NCBI GenBank assembly: GCA_964199315.1
Contig: OZ116707.1
Span: 5,332,001 to 5,396,000, forward strand
Direction of reading: 5' to 3'
DNA: 64,000 bases
Source: Orbicella franksi
Taxonomy: Eukaryota
Position numbers and translations under genes: made by a program. Below the pieces are notes generated by a model. The model was not told the origin of the DNA and did no database searches. It saw only the letters and a list, made by a program, of their open reading frames with translations. How positions within the stretch are numbered: the stretch's first letter is position 1; every line of letters begins with the position of its first letter. Positions 39,930 to 51,915 of this stretch are shown in pieces.

Positions 39930-40265
39930 ACTGCATGTGACATTGTCTTCACCATTAGTCAGTTTACAGCTGCCTTCACTGACACTGCATGGGATATCAT
40001 CTTCGTCGTTAGTCTGGTTACAGCTGCCTTCACCACTGACACTGCATGAGACATCATCTTTGTCAGTAACCATGTTACAGCTGCCTTCATCACTGACACT
40101 GCATGAGACATCACCTTCATTATTAGTTAGGTTACAGCTGCCTTCACCGCTAACAGTGCACGAGATATCATCTTTGGCATTAGTCAGGTTACAGCTGCCT
40201 TCACCACTGACACTGCATGAGACATCATCTTTGTTAGTGACCAGGTTACAGCTGCCACTGGATGT
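39930..40265 (-). repeat. Coding tandem repeat, 57-bp/19-aa unit x6 (GSCNLxxxxDDVSCSVSGE)
   Basis: cagctgcc recurs at 57-bp spacing (e.g. 40021, 40078); reading frame preserved. Confidence 0.92.
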
Positions 40266-42994
40266 ACTGGCTTTGGCTGCATTGTCTTGTACTTCTAGGA
40301 TGTCTGTCACATCATGAGTAATCTGGCCTGGAGAGAGTATGGAAGCTTTTGATGGTTTTGTGCATTCATACTCACAGAAGTCAGGACCAAACAGCCTAGT
40401 GAACACTGCATCCATCCCTTTGATCCATTCTTGATCTTCGTTAGACCAGTCTGGCCTCCAAGGTTTCTAACCACACCCTCTGTAATAGAATGGTTTTCCT
40501 GGTAGAGGAAAAGAAAACAAGAAATAAGAAACTCAACAGTCATAACAGTTGCATTTGAAACTTAAACTCTTACAGTTTTGGCATTTTAACCTTTTCTCTA
40601 AGTTCTTGTCTCTACCTTAAACATTTAATATTCAGCTTGTCAAGGAAAGCAGACCAGTTGGTTGCAGCCAATATACTTCTGCTTAATCCTGTATGACAGC
40701 AGGCTGCTATGAACCAGTATACATGTCGATAGCGTAAGTGCATACAAACCATGTTCAGTGCAAATGGATGTGTTTCCTTGCAGCGGTAGTAATATCTCAA
40801 TGGGTTAATTATCATGAACTGTTTCAATTAAATATAATTATTTACAGTAGAACAATATACTTAATCTTACCTAGTGTATTATACTACATTAAATTTAACC
40901 TATAGTAGCCATTTTATTATTTAACAACGATATTATTATTTTTGACTTGTACAAGATACCTGATTCAAAGCAATTAATGGCTTCTCTAAATGCATATCTC
41001 ATCTGAAGGAGCTTTTCAGTGTACAGGTGTGTAAGAATTTGGTCCACTGAAAAATAAAATGCATTAGTTAAATAAGATTTAACATTGCATGTGGTTATAT
41101 GCAAATTACCAAATTCAGTATCTAGGTCATAAAGGGACAATCAGGTAAAAGAAGGATGTTATGTTAGTGGACAACTGTGAAGGTAGAAAAAAAAAGGAGA
41201 CCAAGTTTTTCCTTTGGGCGACTTGTTTAACCTTTTATTTTTATGAAAGCTTGTTATATCTGGGCACCAAAGATTTCCTACATAGGAACCTTGGCCTCCC
41301 TGCAATTTCACTTAGAGCACAGCCTTGTCTTTCTACTCAGACAATCAGGGTGAAAGAGGCAAATTAAAAGGAAAACATAATGTAAATAATATTTTATGTA
41401 AATATCTATTGACTTAAATGTCAGAAAGACCATAAGCAAGACCCAGATAAAAACACAATGGCCTGGCACATAACTGTTAAATGAGGTTTTCAAATTGGCC
41501 ACCTTTGTTGTGATATAGTAACACTAAAATTATTTTTTACTGGCCATGGTGACCAAAATGGTTGCAGCTTCGAGGGCTGGCACTTATAATGTCTAACAAC
41601 TATGAACTTACATGATGAGGTGCTGTTGGATGCATCGTGCGATGTAGCTTTTGTGTAGAGTTGCCGTTGAAGCTTGTGAGCAGCTTCAAAACCTTGATTT
41701 GAAAGTTTATTCAATGACCGGTGATTGCAGAAGAGCATTGAAACATGCTCAATTGTTATGTGGCCATAATCACCAGTTCCAAGGGTTGGGCCAAACATTT
41801 CCAGAAGGAGAAACCCCCATTCTTTGCACTGAGAGAAAATTAGTAAAAGGTGCCTTATAAATAAACAGTTGAGACTTGCAATCCTTATTTTTATCCTAAC
41901 TACCCGCTAAAATATATTAAAACAAACGGACAAAAGACACAAACATGAATGTTTCCGAAAAAAGGATATATTTCAACTCTTTGGCTGTACAATGTGGTGT
42001 TATGAAAAGTTGTTATGTAAATCCACAAATTGGAGAGAAATAACATCTCTTAGAAATTTGCTAGGGTTGAGTTGGACACTTTAGGGTAATAATGAACATC
42101 AAAAAAGATAGCTGGTAATGCTGTGAAAGTTACAAGCATGTACAAACCTTAACATCCAAAACATCAATGAGATGTTCCTCATCTGCAGAGAACTGGCCAT
42201 CTCTAATAATAAGCACAATTTCCTTCCACTGAGAGCACACCTAGTAAGGATGAAAATAATCAAATGGTAACCCCAAAAAGGTTTCTGTGATATATTTCAG
42301 TGGTTTAAAAAGGTCCCATTCCAACTTACAGTATCTCTCAAATTCTTAAAATTGTTACCCAACTTTTAGCAATTCCATGTTACATTTGGAGAAAGCCCAA
42401 CATCTCAGAGCTTATAAACACCCAGCCAAACCAGGTGAAAGAGCAACTTAGAAAGTAAACAGAAAAAGAAAACAGTTGGTGACTATACTAAAAGGCACAT
42501 GGCCCCTGAACACAGCTCACCAAACCATCATGGTGATCAAAACTGTCACAGCCTGGAGTTCCCAGTTCTTCTGATAGTAATTCAAGCATGTATAATTTTT
42601 TAAACCAAGCTAAAGAGTGCATGATGTACAATGTGTGAGCATCTGTAACACAGAGAAATTAAACCCAAGGCAATCCTACTTTAAAATAGGAAACTTATTA
42701 TTAAATTACAAGGACAATATATGGTACAATGCTTTTTATGTCAGAACCTTAAAGTGGCCCTTATAAAGTCAACCTCGCCATCCAATAGCTGTATGCTCAG
42801 TGCCAACAAGGTAGTTTAAGCTTGGCTTATAATAAATTATCAGATTTTTGAGGAATTGATTAAACCCACCTTCACTAAAACTTCCACTGTTAGCATGGCT
42901 GCATATGAACTAAGAGCATGGTTGTGATAGCTAACTTTCTCCTTCCCCCTGTTATGCTTGTCTTTTGGCATTTTGTCCTGAGCTTGGTACACAA

Positions 42995-43046
42995 CAGGTT
43001 GAAATTGAGAATGAATTACTTTAAATTCATTCTCAATTTCAACCTG
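42995..43046. repeat. Perfect 23-bp inverted repeat with 6-nt spacer
   Basis: CAGGTTGAAATTGAGAATGAATT-acttta-AATTCATTCTCAATTTCAACCTG. Confidence 0.95.
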
Positions 43047-45259
43047 CTTTTCTTTCCACCATTCCAGCCTGTAGTGTACACTAAGTTCCAGAATCCTCAG
43101 AGTACATTTTCAATGTTTTAATAGAGAAACTTTATTTATTTGACAAAATAATGACAAGCATTATTTGAACACAAGTAAACTTGCACTGACATGTCTTAAA
43201 TTGAATTTACCTCTTAATTAGCACCATAATAATAGTCAAATAATATATTATGCAACTCTTACAGTACAGTCACAAGATGTATTAGTCCAAGTAAACAACA
43301 GATTTCACTCAGTTATACAAGCTCTGACAATACACAATTCTTCAAAAAGAGACATGTGGTACACTTTCAAAATACATTATTTACATTGTATATTTTACTT
43401 TTTTAAAAACATTTGACTTCATTACCTGAATCTTTTAACTGAATCTCTTCCAACTTTGTTCCAAAATCCCGGATAAAAATACCACTGTCTAGCATTTCCT
43501 TGAAATACTATATCAATGGGAATAAATTACCAGACAATTTTGTGAATTGAGCACAGTTGAATGTGACATAAATCATAAGAGTGAAGGGTGGTGTTTCGTG
43601 AACCATTAATAGCACCATAACTGCCTTAAAATCATAATAGAATAAATCAAAAAAATATTAATGTTCAGGAACTGTACTAACCTTTTGACGTGCCTCACAG
43701 AATGTTATCTTGTTTAGAATACATAGCTTTGCCGCTTCAGGGTCATCATAGTGGGCTATCATTTTGTCTGTAGGCAATGACTTTTCCACAATTTCCTCAA
43801 GGGATGAAAGAATTTTTCTCTGAGTGCTGCCTAATGGAATAAAACACATTGAAGGTTAGAATAACTTTAATCACATAAAAGAGGTAAAATACATTCATAT
43901 GTATTAGACATGAATAAAATTAACATTCATATAGTTAATTTGAAATGACAACGTAAACTATTAGATAAAAACAAAACAAAACACATCTATCACGCAGTCA
44001 GGAAAATCATTAGCAATTGAATAAAGCTAGTAATAATAATACTGTCGTTAAAAATTATCTTTGTGTCTATGGTGAAGTTTCATGAAATTTATATGATTAT
44101 AAACAGCTGCTGATGATAAGCTTATTAACCTAAAAATAAATTGGTCTAGCCTGAGAATGAAGCAACAGAAATGCTGTGTCTCCCAGCAGCAGTTTGTTGC
44201 CCCTGCTTAAGTTTAACAGAGATTCTATCCCCCTTAAAATTTGAGGGGCCATATTGGGAAAGTTCCTCATTGCACTCTTGCAGGGAGCCAATCTTGTGAG
44301 TGAGCAGGCCAGTACTTTTCAATAGCTGCTCTGTATTTCGCATCTCACAATGCAGAGCACAGAGACTCATTGAAGATAAATCTTCATCAAGAAGGCATGT
44401 GAGATCATCTCGTAGACCAGTGAATCTATATTTGACAGTTTAAGAAAGGGAAAATAGCACACATTAGGACTTTTGTACATGATTTTAACTCACTAATAAA
44501 CTTACTTTAAAAACAGGTTTTACTATAAACTATGAAACTGCAGAACTAGTAAGAGTAGACAGCCACTTTTTTTCCATTTTCCACCTGGGCTGCACTGAAT
44601 ATGGCACTTTTCCACAAAATACTACCAGTTTCAACTCCAGAGCAAACTGTAAGGAGAAAACTAAAAGACCTAACTTCAATGTGTTTTTTGTTTTTGTTTG
44701 TTTTTTTTAAGCATGTCTTCCATACCCGCCAATGTTTGCCTTTATTTGCTGGAAATGTTCCAAGCAGACTTCATGTGGTCCTAAGTCACAGTCGCAGGCC
44801 TACACAAAAAGATGGAGAAAATAACAGTTATTACATTAGTGAATAGTGGGACAAACATCCTTTCAATTTTGCTCAATGAAGAGGCTAGTCCTTTTATCAC
44901 CCGCTGTGTTTGATACTTAAAAGTCCTTCTTGCCTTGCTTGTTCAGTCAGTAATCACCAAGAAATAATGATGAATAGGGCTAGGAACAGCTAACTTCCCT
45001 TTCAGCCCATGACCTAATATCTCACTTAATTACTTTAGAATCTCACATTTCTTTTAAAACCTTACTCTTAAAACTGTACAGAACAGACAGCACTCCACAT
45101 TCAGGCCTTGCCCCCCAAGCATGAACTTTTCATCATTGATTGTTGAACAAGTCAAAACCAGACCATGTGCATTTGACAACTCCGGTTTAATACCAAATAT
45201 GGACATTACAAAGCAATGCGGACAGTAACGTAATCCGAGTAATCTTGGCTATCATAACA

Positions 45260-45271
45260 TCTTCCCCTTTT
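45260..45271 (-). promoter_or_regulatory. Polypurine tract of the Gypsy element
   Basis: Minus strand AAAAGGGGAAGA immediately precedes the 3' LTR. Confidence 0.85.
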
Positions 45272-45397
45272 ACAAAAAAAAATGTCTGAGTATAACCTAC
45301 GAAGTAGACCACTAGTGGGTTGCAAAAAAAAATAAAAATAAAAGCAAAGAAATAAAATAAAAAAATGTAAACAAAGTTCTCAAAACAGTTTCTCAGA

Positions 45398-46830
45398 GTA
45401 CATACATACATACTTTATTGACTTTCCCTTTAGAGGCTTTTCAAAGACTATACAATAATAATTTAAAACTACTTAAAAACTCTAAGATTCATTAAGATTA
45501 ATTAACTAGAATTAGGAATCTATAAAATCCTTAATAAGTTTACGTTTAAGATAAAACTTAAAAGCAGATACTTTCTCGAGAGTTTTTAGAGAGCTATCCA
45601 TGGAGTTCCAGATACTGACTGTTCTGTAGTAGAACGTTCTCTGACCACTGGCAGACTTAAAAAGAGGAATGTTCAGCATTTGTGAACTTCTTGTGGCACG
45701 TCCGCTTATTTCTCCTCGCTTACTGAACTGGGAAGACAGATACTCCGGCACGCGAGATGTTAGACATTTGTAGGCCATGATAGCGCTCCTGAAATATAAC
45801 TGAGTCGTGACTGGTAGCCATTTAAGTTCTTTTAAAACTGGTGTGATGTGATCATATTTGTGTGTACTGGTCACAATTCGAGCGGCAAAGTTCTGAATAC
45901 CTTGTAATTTATTTATATTACTTTTTGATGTATTCGCCCACACGTTCGAACAATAAAAAAGTTTACTAAAAACTAAAGTATTTATAATAGTTAGTAGGGT
46001 GCATTTATCAAAAACATGCTTTGTGCGGCTTATTTGACCGAGACAAGACATACAGGAGGAGACAGTTTTGGTAATGTGTTCGTCATAGGTCAGGTTCTTG
46101 TCCAAAATCACCCCAAGATCTTTAGCGGTGTGCTCCGGTAGAGTTCTCTTCCCATGAAGGTGAGGCTGGGAGTGTCCAGTCTGGAATCCATTTGCCTGCT
46201 GCCAAACACCATGAGTTTAGTTTTGCTTGGGTTCAACAATAAATGGTTGTTGGAACACCATTGGCCTATTCTATGCAAATCAACTCTTAAGTCAGCAAAG
46301 GCGTTTACAGTATCTTTCATTTTGAAGGATATAACTAGCTTAGTGTCGTCCACGTAGCTCTGGACGCTGCAATTCTGTGGTGCTGAAGAAAGATCATTTG
46401 TGTAAATGCTAAATAAAAGTGGTCCCAGTATACTTCCCTGCGGAACGCCACAGACTATGGGCAAGGGCTCTGACAATGTTGAATGGATTCGAACCACTTG
46501 TCGTCTATCATTAAGGTAGCTACCAAACCACTGGATAACTGGGTCTGAGGCGCCTACATCTCGCAACTTCAAAATTAGGGTTTCATGGTTGACGCTGTCG
46601 AATGCCTTACTCATGTCTAAGAGCACTACCGAAGTCAACATCTTCTGGTCTATCGCTTTAAGAATAGTGTCGGTTGTTTCTATGACAGATGTTTCGGTTG
46701 AGTGCCATTTTTTGTTGCCGCTTTGGGTCTTTGTTAACCTGTCGTTTAAATGCAAGTAAGAAGTGAATTGATTATGTACGACCTTTTCACACACTTTTGA
46801 TAAAACTGGTAGAAGAGACACAGACACACA
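45398..46830 (-). mobile_element. 5'-truncated L2/CR1 LINE nested in the Gypsy 3' UTR
   Basis: LLDMSKAFDSVNH, GVPQGSILGP and YVDDTKL; 3' end aataaa(gtat)n tail at ~45398-45420. Confidence 0.9.
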
Positions 46831-49242
46831 GTTCAGTTAACAAAGTCCTTGAATCTTTCCAGTGGTTTCACTACTCTGGTACGGGTGCACTTCACGGGCG
46901 TCGCAGGCACGTGATCAGTAGAGATATCAGGCACAGGATCCGAAGAGGCAACAGGCACTTGATCCGTTGAGGTGCGGGGTGCTGGATCAGGTAAGTTTGA
47001 GCTGTCTTCTTTTTGATCAGGTGGAGCAGCAACAAATTGTTCTTTGGCAACTTCTGGTGACACTTTTGAAGCAATACTTGATGCTGACTGTTCCTTAGGC
47101 TTGAGAAACTGTCTGTTTCGACGAATAGTTTCACTCCCAGTCTTCACTCAATAGGATCTGTCTGATAGCTGTTCAACAAGGGTTCCAGCTTGCCAAGGCT
47201 TTCCCTTTTGAAGAGGTGCTACTCTAACCTCTTGACCAACTTCTAGTAGTGGTAGTGGGTGTGCCGTCCGATCATGATAACTCTTCGCTTTCTGCCTTTT
47301 CAACTCGATTTCTTTTCAACACCTTCAACAACGTGAGGGCGAAGCAAGGTTGAGGCAGTTGGCATGAGTGTCTTTGTTCTTCGAGACATGAGTCTCTGTG
47401 CTGGACTTGATCCAATGGTTTCAACAGGTGTGTTTCTGTATTCTAACAAGGCAAGCCATGGATCTCTTCCATCCCGGAGGGCCTTCTTGAACAAGTTCTT
47501 CGTGACTTTACCTGCAGACTCTGCTTTGCCGTTAGATGTGTGATGATGGGGAGATGACGTCACATGCTTAAACTCCCACTCTTCTGCAAATCGTCTGAAC
47601 TCATGACTCACAAGCTGCGATCCATTGTCAGACACAAGGACGTCTGGAATTCCGTGTCTGCTGAACTGTTCCTTTAAGAATTGTATGATGGTTAAGGAGG
47701 TCGTGTCAGCTATCTCTTGGACTTCTACAAAGTCTGAGTAATAGTCTACTAAAATGACATACTCTTTCTTATGAAGAGTGAACAGGTCAATGGCTACACG
47801 GCTCCAAGGACGATCTGGAACTTTTGAAGTCTGCATGGGCTCTTTGTGGTTCTTTGGCTGAAATTCTGCACACACAGAACACTGCAAGACGACTTCCTTG
47901 ATCTCACTGCTCATTCCAGGCCAGAAAACTGAATCTCGCGCCTTTCTCGAACATGACTCGATGCCAAGGTGACTGGCGTGACTTCTTGCTATGATCTCTG
48001 GTCTGATCACCTGGGGAATGATGATACGCTGACATTTGAACAAGATGCCATTATGTAGAGAAATTTCATCACGATAGTTCCAGTATTCTCTGATTGGAAT
48101 AGGTACCTGGCTTTTCTGTTCTGGCCATCCTACCAAAACAGTAGTCTTCAAGGTTTGGAGAACTGTGTCCTGTTCTGTCACTTTCTGCAACTGAGCTAGC
48201 CTTTCGCCGGACACTTAGTGAGTCCAAGGGGTTTAAGGATTCAATCTCCAGTGCAAAGGCTTGGAACTCCTTGTTTTCCTCTCCTACGCTGGCAAGGTAG
48301 GCCCTTGACAGATGGTCCGCTATGTACATCTTCGAACCTGGTTTGTATGTGACATCCAGATGGAACTGTTGTAGGCAGAGTAGCATCCTTTGCAATCTGC
48401 ATGGCGCTGCTAACACGGATTTCTTGAAGATTGCTTGGAGAGGTTTGTGGTCGGACTGTACTGTGATCTTTTCTCGTTGAGAGAGGTACTGGCTGAACCT
48501 CTGACAGGCAAACACTATCACAAGACACTCCTTTTCTATTTGGGCATACCTTCTCTCTGTAGGTGAGAGTGTTTTTGAAGCAAAACCTACAGGTTGGCCG
48601 TTCTGAAGAAGGACTGCGCCTAATCCTTTTTCGCTTGCATCACATTGAAGGGTGACTTCAGCATTGCAATCAAAATATTTGAGGACAGGGTGGTTGACCA
48701 CCAGCTTCTTCGCTTCCTGAAAGGCTGTGTCATGCTGTTTAGCCCATGTGAATTTAGCATTCTTTGCAGTTAAGTCCCTTAGAGGCTGTGCTACATCTGC
48801 AAGTTGAGGCAGAAATCTTGAAAGATAGTTGACGAACCCAAGTAGACTTAACACTTGTTGCTTGCATGTTGGCTTGGGTATTTCTTCTACAGCCTTAACT
48901 TTTGCCGGATCTGGTTTTAGTCCATCCTTACTGATATGTCCCATAAACTTCACTTCAGATTTCTTCAGCTCCATCTTCCTGCTGTTCAGGCGAAGATTGA
49001 CTTTACGTGCTCTTTCTAGTAGCTTGAGAAGATTCTCATCGTGATTGTGGACTGCTTGCTCTTGTGTCTCACCAAAACCCATGACGATGATGCCATCTCT
49101 TATCACTGCTACACCTTCCAAGTCGCCCAGTTTCTCCTGTAGGTTCCTCTCGAATTCTTCTGGGGCAAGGCTCACGCCAAAGGGCATTCGAAGATAGTGA
49201 TAGCGACCAAAGGGCGTCCAGAACGTTGTCAATTTGCTGCTG

Positions 49243-49384
49243 GAACAAGTCAAAACCAGACCATGTGCATTTGACAACTCCAGTTTAATACCAAATATGG
49301 ACATTACAAAGCAATGCAGACAATAACATAATCCGAGTAATCTTGGCTATCATAACATCTTCCCCTTTTACAAAAAAAATGTCT
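49243..49384 (-). repeat. Third, internal copy of the Gypsy LTR with its PPT and adjacent 3' UTR, replacing part of RT
   Basis: gaacaagtcaaaaccagacc...ctatcataaca (49243-49357) followed by tcttccctttttacaaaaaaaatgtct. Confidence 0.95.
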
Positions 49385-50984
49385 GGAGGTGTGCTGTACT
49401 GGTACTGCTGAGAGATCCACTACGAAACTGCTGGTACCAATGTGTCCCAGTCCTTTGAAGACTTCTTGATAATCTTGCAAGATACTCTGTGCTGTTAGGG
49501 GGGCTTGTTTCACATCTAAGGATAAGACTTCAGCTTGTGATCCCAACTTGAGAAGTCCCAACTTGAGAAGTCACAACTGTTGGCAAGTATCGGCAGACAG
49601 TAAAGGCTTGTTAGTACCACCAACAACTTGAAACTTGAAAACTTGAGCCTGTCCACCATGTATGACTCGAAGATTAACTTCTCCAAGGGTCTTCATCAGA
49701 GAGCCATCAAATAATGTCAGCTTTGTTTTGCTGCTTTCCAATTGGGGGTTGCCCTCCTGTTTGATGATCGACAGGTCTCTGTAACTGAGTACATTACAGG
49801 TTGCACCTGTGTCGAGCTGGCATTTGAGCTTGGTTTCATGCTTGTTGTATTCACAATAGAAGCTGAGTGTGGCGAACCATCGATTACCACAGGATTCAAT
49901 AGATGAAACATCTTCCACTTTGAGAACTGATTCCTCTGAATCTGAGCTTTCATGACTTTCTTGGACGAGATTGACCTCACGTTTCTTCTTAGCCATACAC
50001 ACACTAGCGAAGTGGTGCCATTTCTGACAGTAAGCGCAACGTTTATTGTACGCCGGGCATTCGTTTCACTTGTGTTGGGTGCCACAGTTTTTGCACTTTC
50101 TGTTTCCAGGGTCTGCTTTCTGTTTCTTTTTATTGGGGAAACGATTCTTTCTGGATTTGAAATTGTCATTTGACTGCTTCTTAAAATTCTTGCTCTTCTC
50201 TTTTCCTACGAGATTCACTTCTTCTTTTGGCGGGGCCATGGTGTCGGATTTCGTAGCTTCTAATTGTTTGCTGGTTATTTTGTTAGAACGCGCAATGTCA
50301 ACTGCTTTGTCGAGCATGAGTGACTTCTCCCGAAGCTTTCCTTTTGCTCCCTGTCGTTTAGGCCAATGACCAACTTGTCACGGATTAACTCATCAGTGAG
50401 CGTTCCAAATTTGCAAGACGATGCAAGTTTACGAAGGCGAGTGACGTAACTGTCAACTGACTCTCCTTGATTTTGCTCAAGAATTGAAAACATACCGTTC
50501 ATAAACTACGTTGCGATGCGGTTTGAAATAGTTCTCTAACGCGGTAATGCATGCTTCCACATTATTCCTGTCCTCGGCCGAGATATTGAGATTCAGGAAT
50601 GTTTGAAGGCAATCTTTTCCCATCATGGAGCGAAACGACGCCAATCGTATTCTGGAGCTTTGTTTATCGAGACCGGTCGCGACTTCATAATCTTCCCATT
50701 GTTGACGGAAGAACTCCCAGTTAGCTACCAGGTTTCCTTTACAAACCATAGGTGCAGGGATCCGAAAATTGTAAGGAACATACGAGTAAACAGCGGAAGC
50801 AGGTGGCGACGCGCCTTCATCTTCGTGATCCGACACGTTGTGTTTGATCAGTGCTCGATTTGTGGAGCAAAATCGGCATTTCCTCGGATGTGACTAACGA
50901 CAACTATTTCGGAGTGCTTCTCCTCGTCAGCGATGAAGTTGTACTGCTATCTGTCGGTGTATTTCCTACGAAAAATGTCCTTTT

Positions 50985-50997
50985 ACTTCTGACACCA
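50985..50997 (-). promoter_or_regulatory. Primer-binding site, complementary to the tRNA-Leu 3' end
   Basis: TGGTGTCAGAAGT directly after the 5' LTR. Confidence 0.8.
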
Positions 50998-51354
50998 TGT
51001 TGAACAAGTCAAAACCAGACCATGTGCATTTGACAACTCCGGTTTAATACCAAATATGGACATTACAAAGCAATGCGGACAATGACATAATCCAAGTAAT
51101 CTTGGCTATCATAACATTGATCTTGAACCAAAGCAACAGAAGGCCTTTGTAATCAAGTGTCACTGCAAGCATAATATAAGATGTAACTGCATGAAATTAT
51201 TCCAACCGGCTACGAAATTGCACAGCACATCTAAAATCAGTTTACATTAATGAGTTCACAATGCTGTGATTATCAAAATGAATATCCTCTAGCTTAAAAA
51301 TATTTTTCCTCTTAGTAGTTACAGTATGTCTTGACAGATAAGTAAAACTCACAG

Positions 51355-51915
51355 AACCATGGGCGGACCACCTGGTGTTTCTGTTGCAATTTTGTTTTGC
51401 ACTTCGGAGTGACATTATGAACACAAACATCTGCCACCTAAAAATTGCCTTAGCCTTTATTGGATGGTACAATGCAGTCATTAGGACCAACAGAAAACAC
51501 TATATAACATCTAGACTCACAGAAATCACGGGCGTGCTACCTAGTGTTTCTGTTGCATTTCGCACTGAGGAGTTCTAGACTTCCCTAGAGTATGAACATT
51601 GGTCAATTCCAACAAGTTGAAGGCCTTCTCCACATGGTATATGGAATAAATTCCTCATCTGTGATCTTGGCCATAAGCCTGAAGCTATACTGGCTTTGAA
51701 CTGGAGTCACTGCATAATGGAAACACAACTTAAGGAAGATCACAATGTAATGCTATAAATGCTTCCTAGAGCAAACCTTCTACATACCTGATTGTTACAT
51801 ATGGAGTAATTCACTGAAGAAAGCCAACTACTTCACAATGCCATGATATCAAAGAACTCACAGACTCACAGGCGTGCCACCTGGTGTTCCTGCTGCAATA
51901 TATGCACTTCGGAGT
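51355..51915. repeat. Three dispersed ~55-bp degenerate repeats in an intron of copy B
   Basis: ca.gggcgtgccacctggtgtttctgttgca...gcacttcggag at ~51358, ~51527 and ~51867. Confidence 0.7.

Larger units (their letters stand above)
45141..51116 (-). mobile_element. Gypsy (Mag-like) LTR retrotransposon, degenerate, 119-bp LTRs, TSD TTGAT
   Basis: LTRs TG..CA at 45141-45259 and 50998-51116; TTGAT at 45136-45140 and 51117-51121; gag (NWEFFRQQWEDY), protease LDTGATCN, RT TTFWTPFGRY, RNase H CDASEKGLG, integrase HHCC plus D,D,E. Confidence 0.95.

Noticed and set aside
39937-40317. 126-aa plus-strand repetitive ORF (LQLPSPLTLHETSS)n
   Set aside because: It is the antisense shadow of the 57-bp coding repeat in the minus-strand gene.
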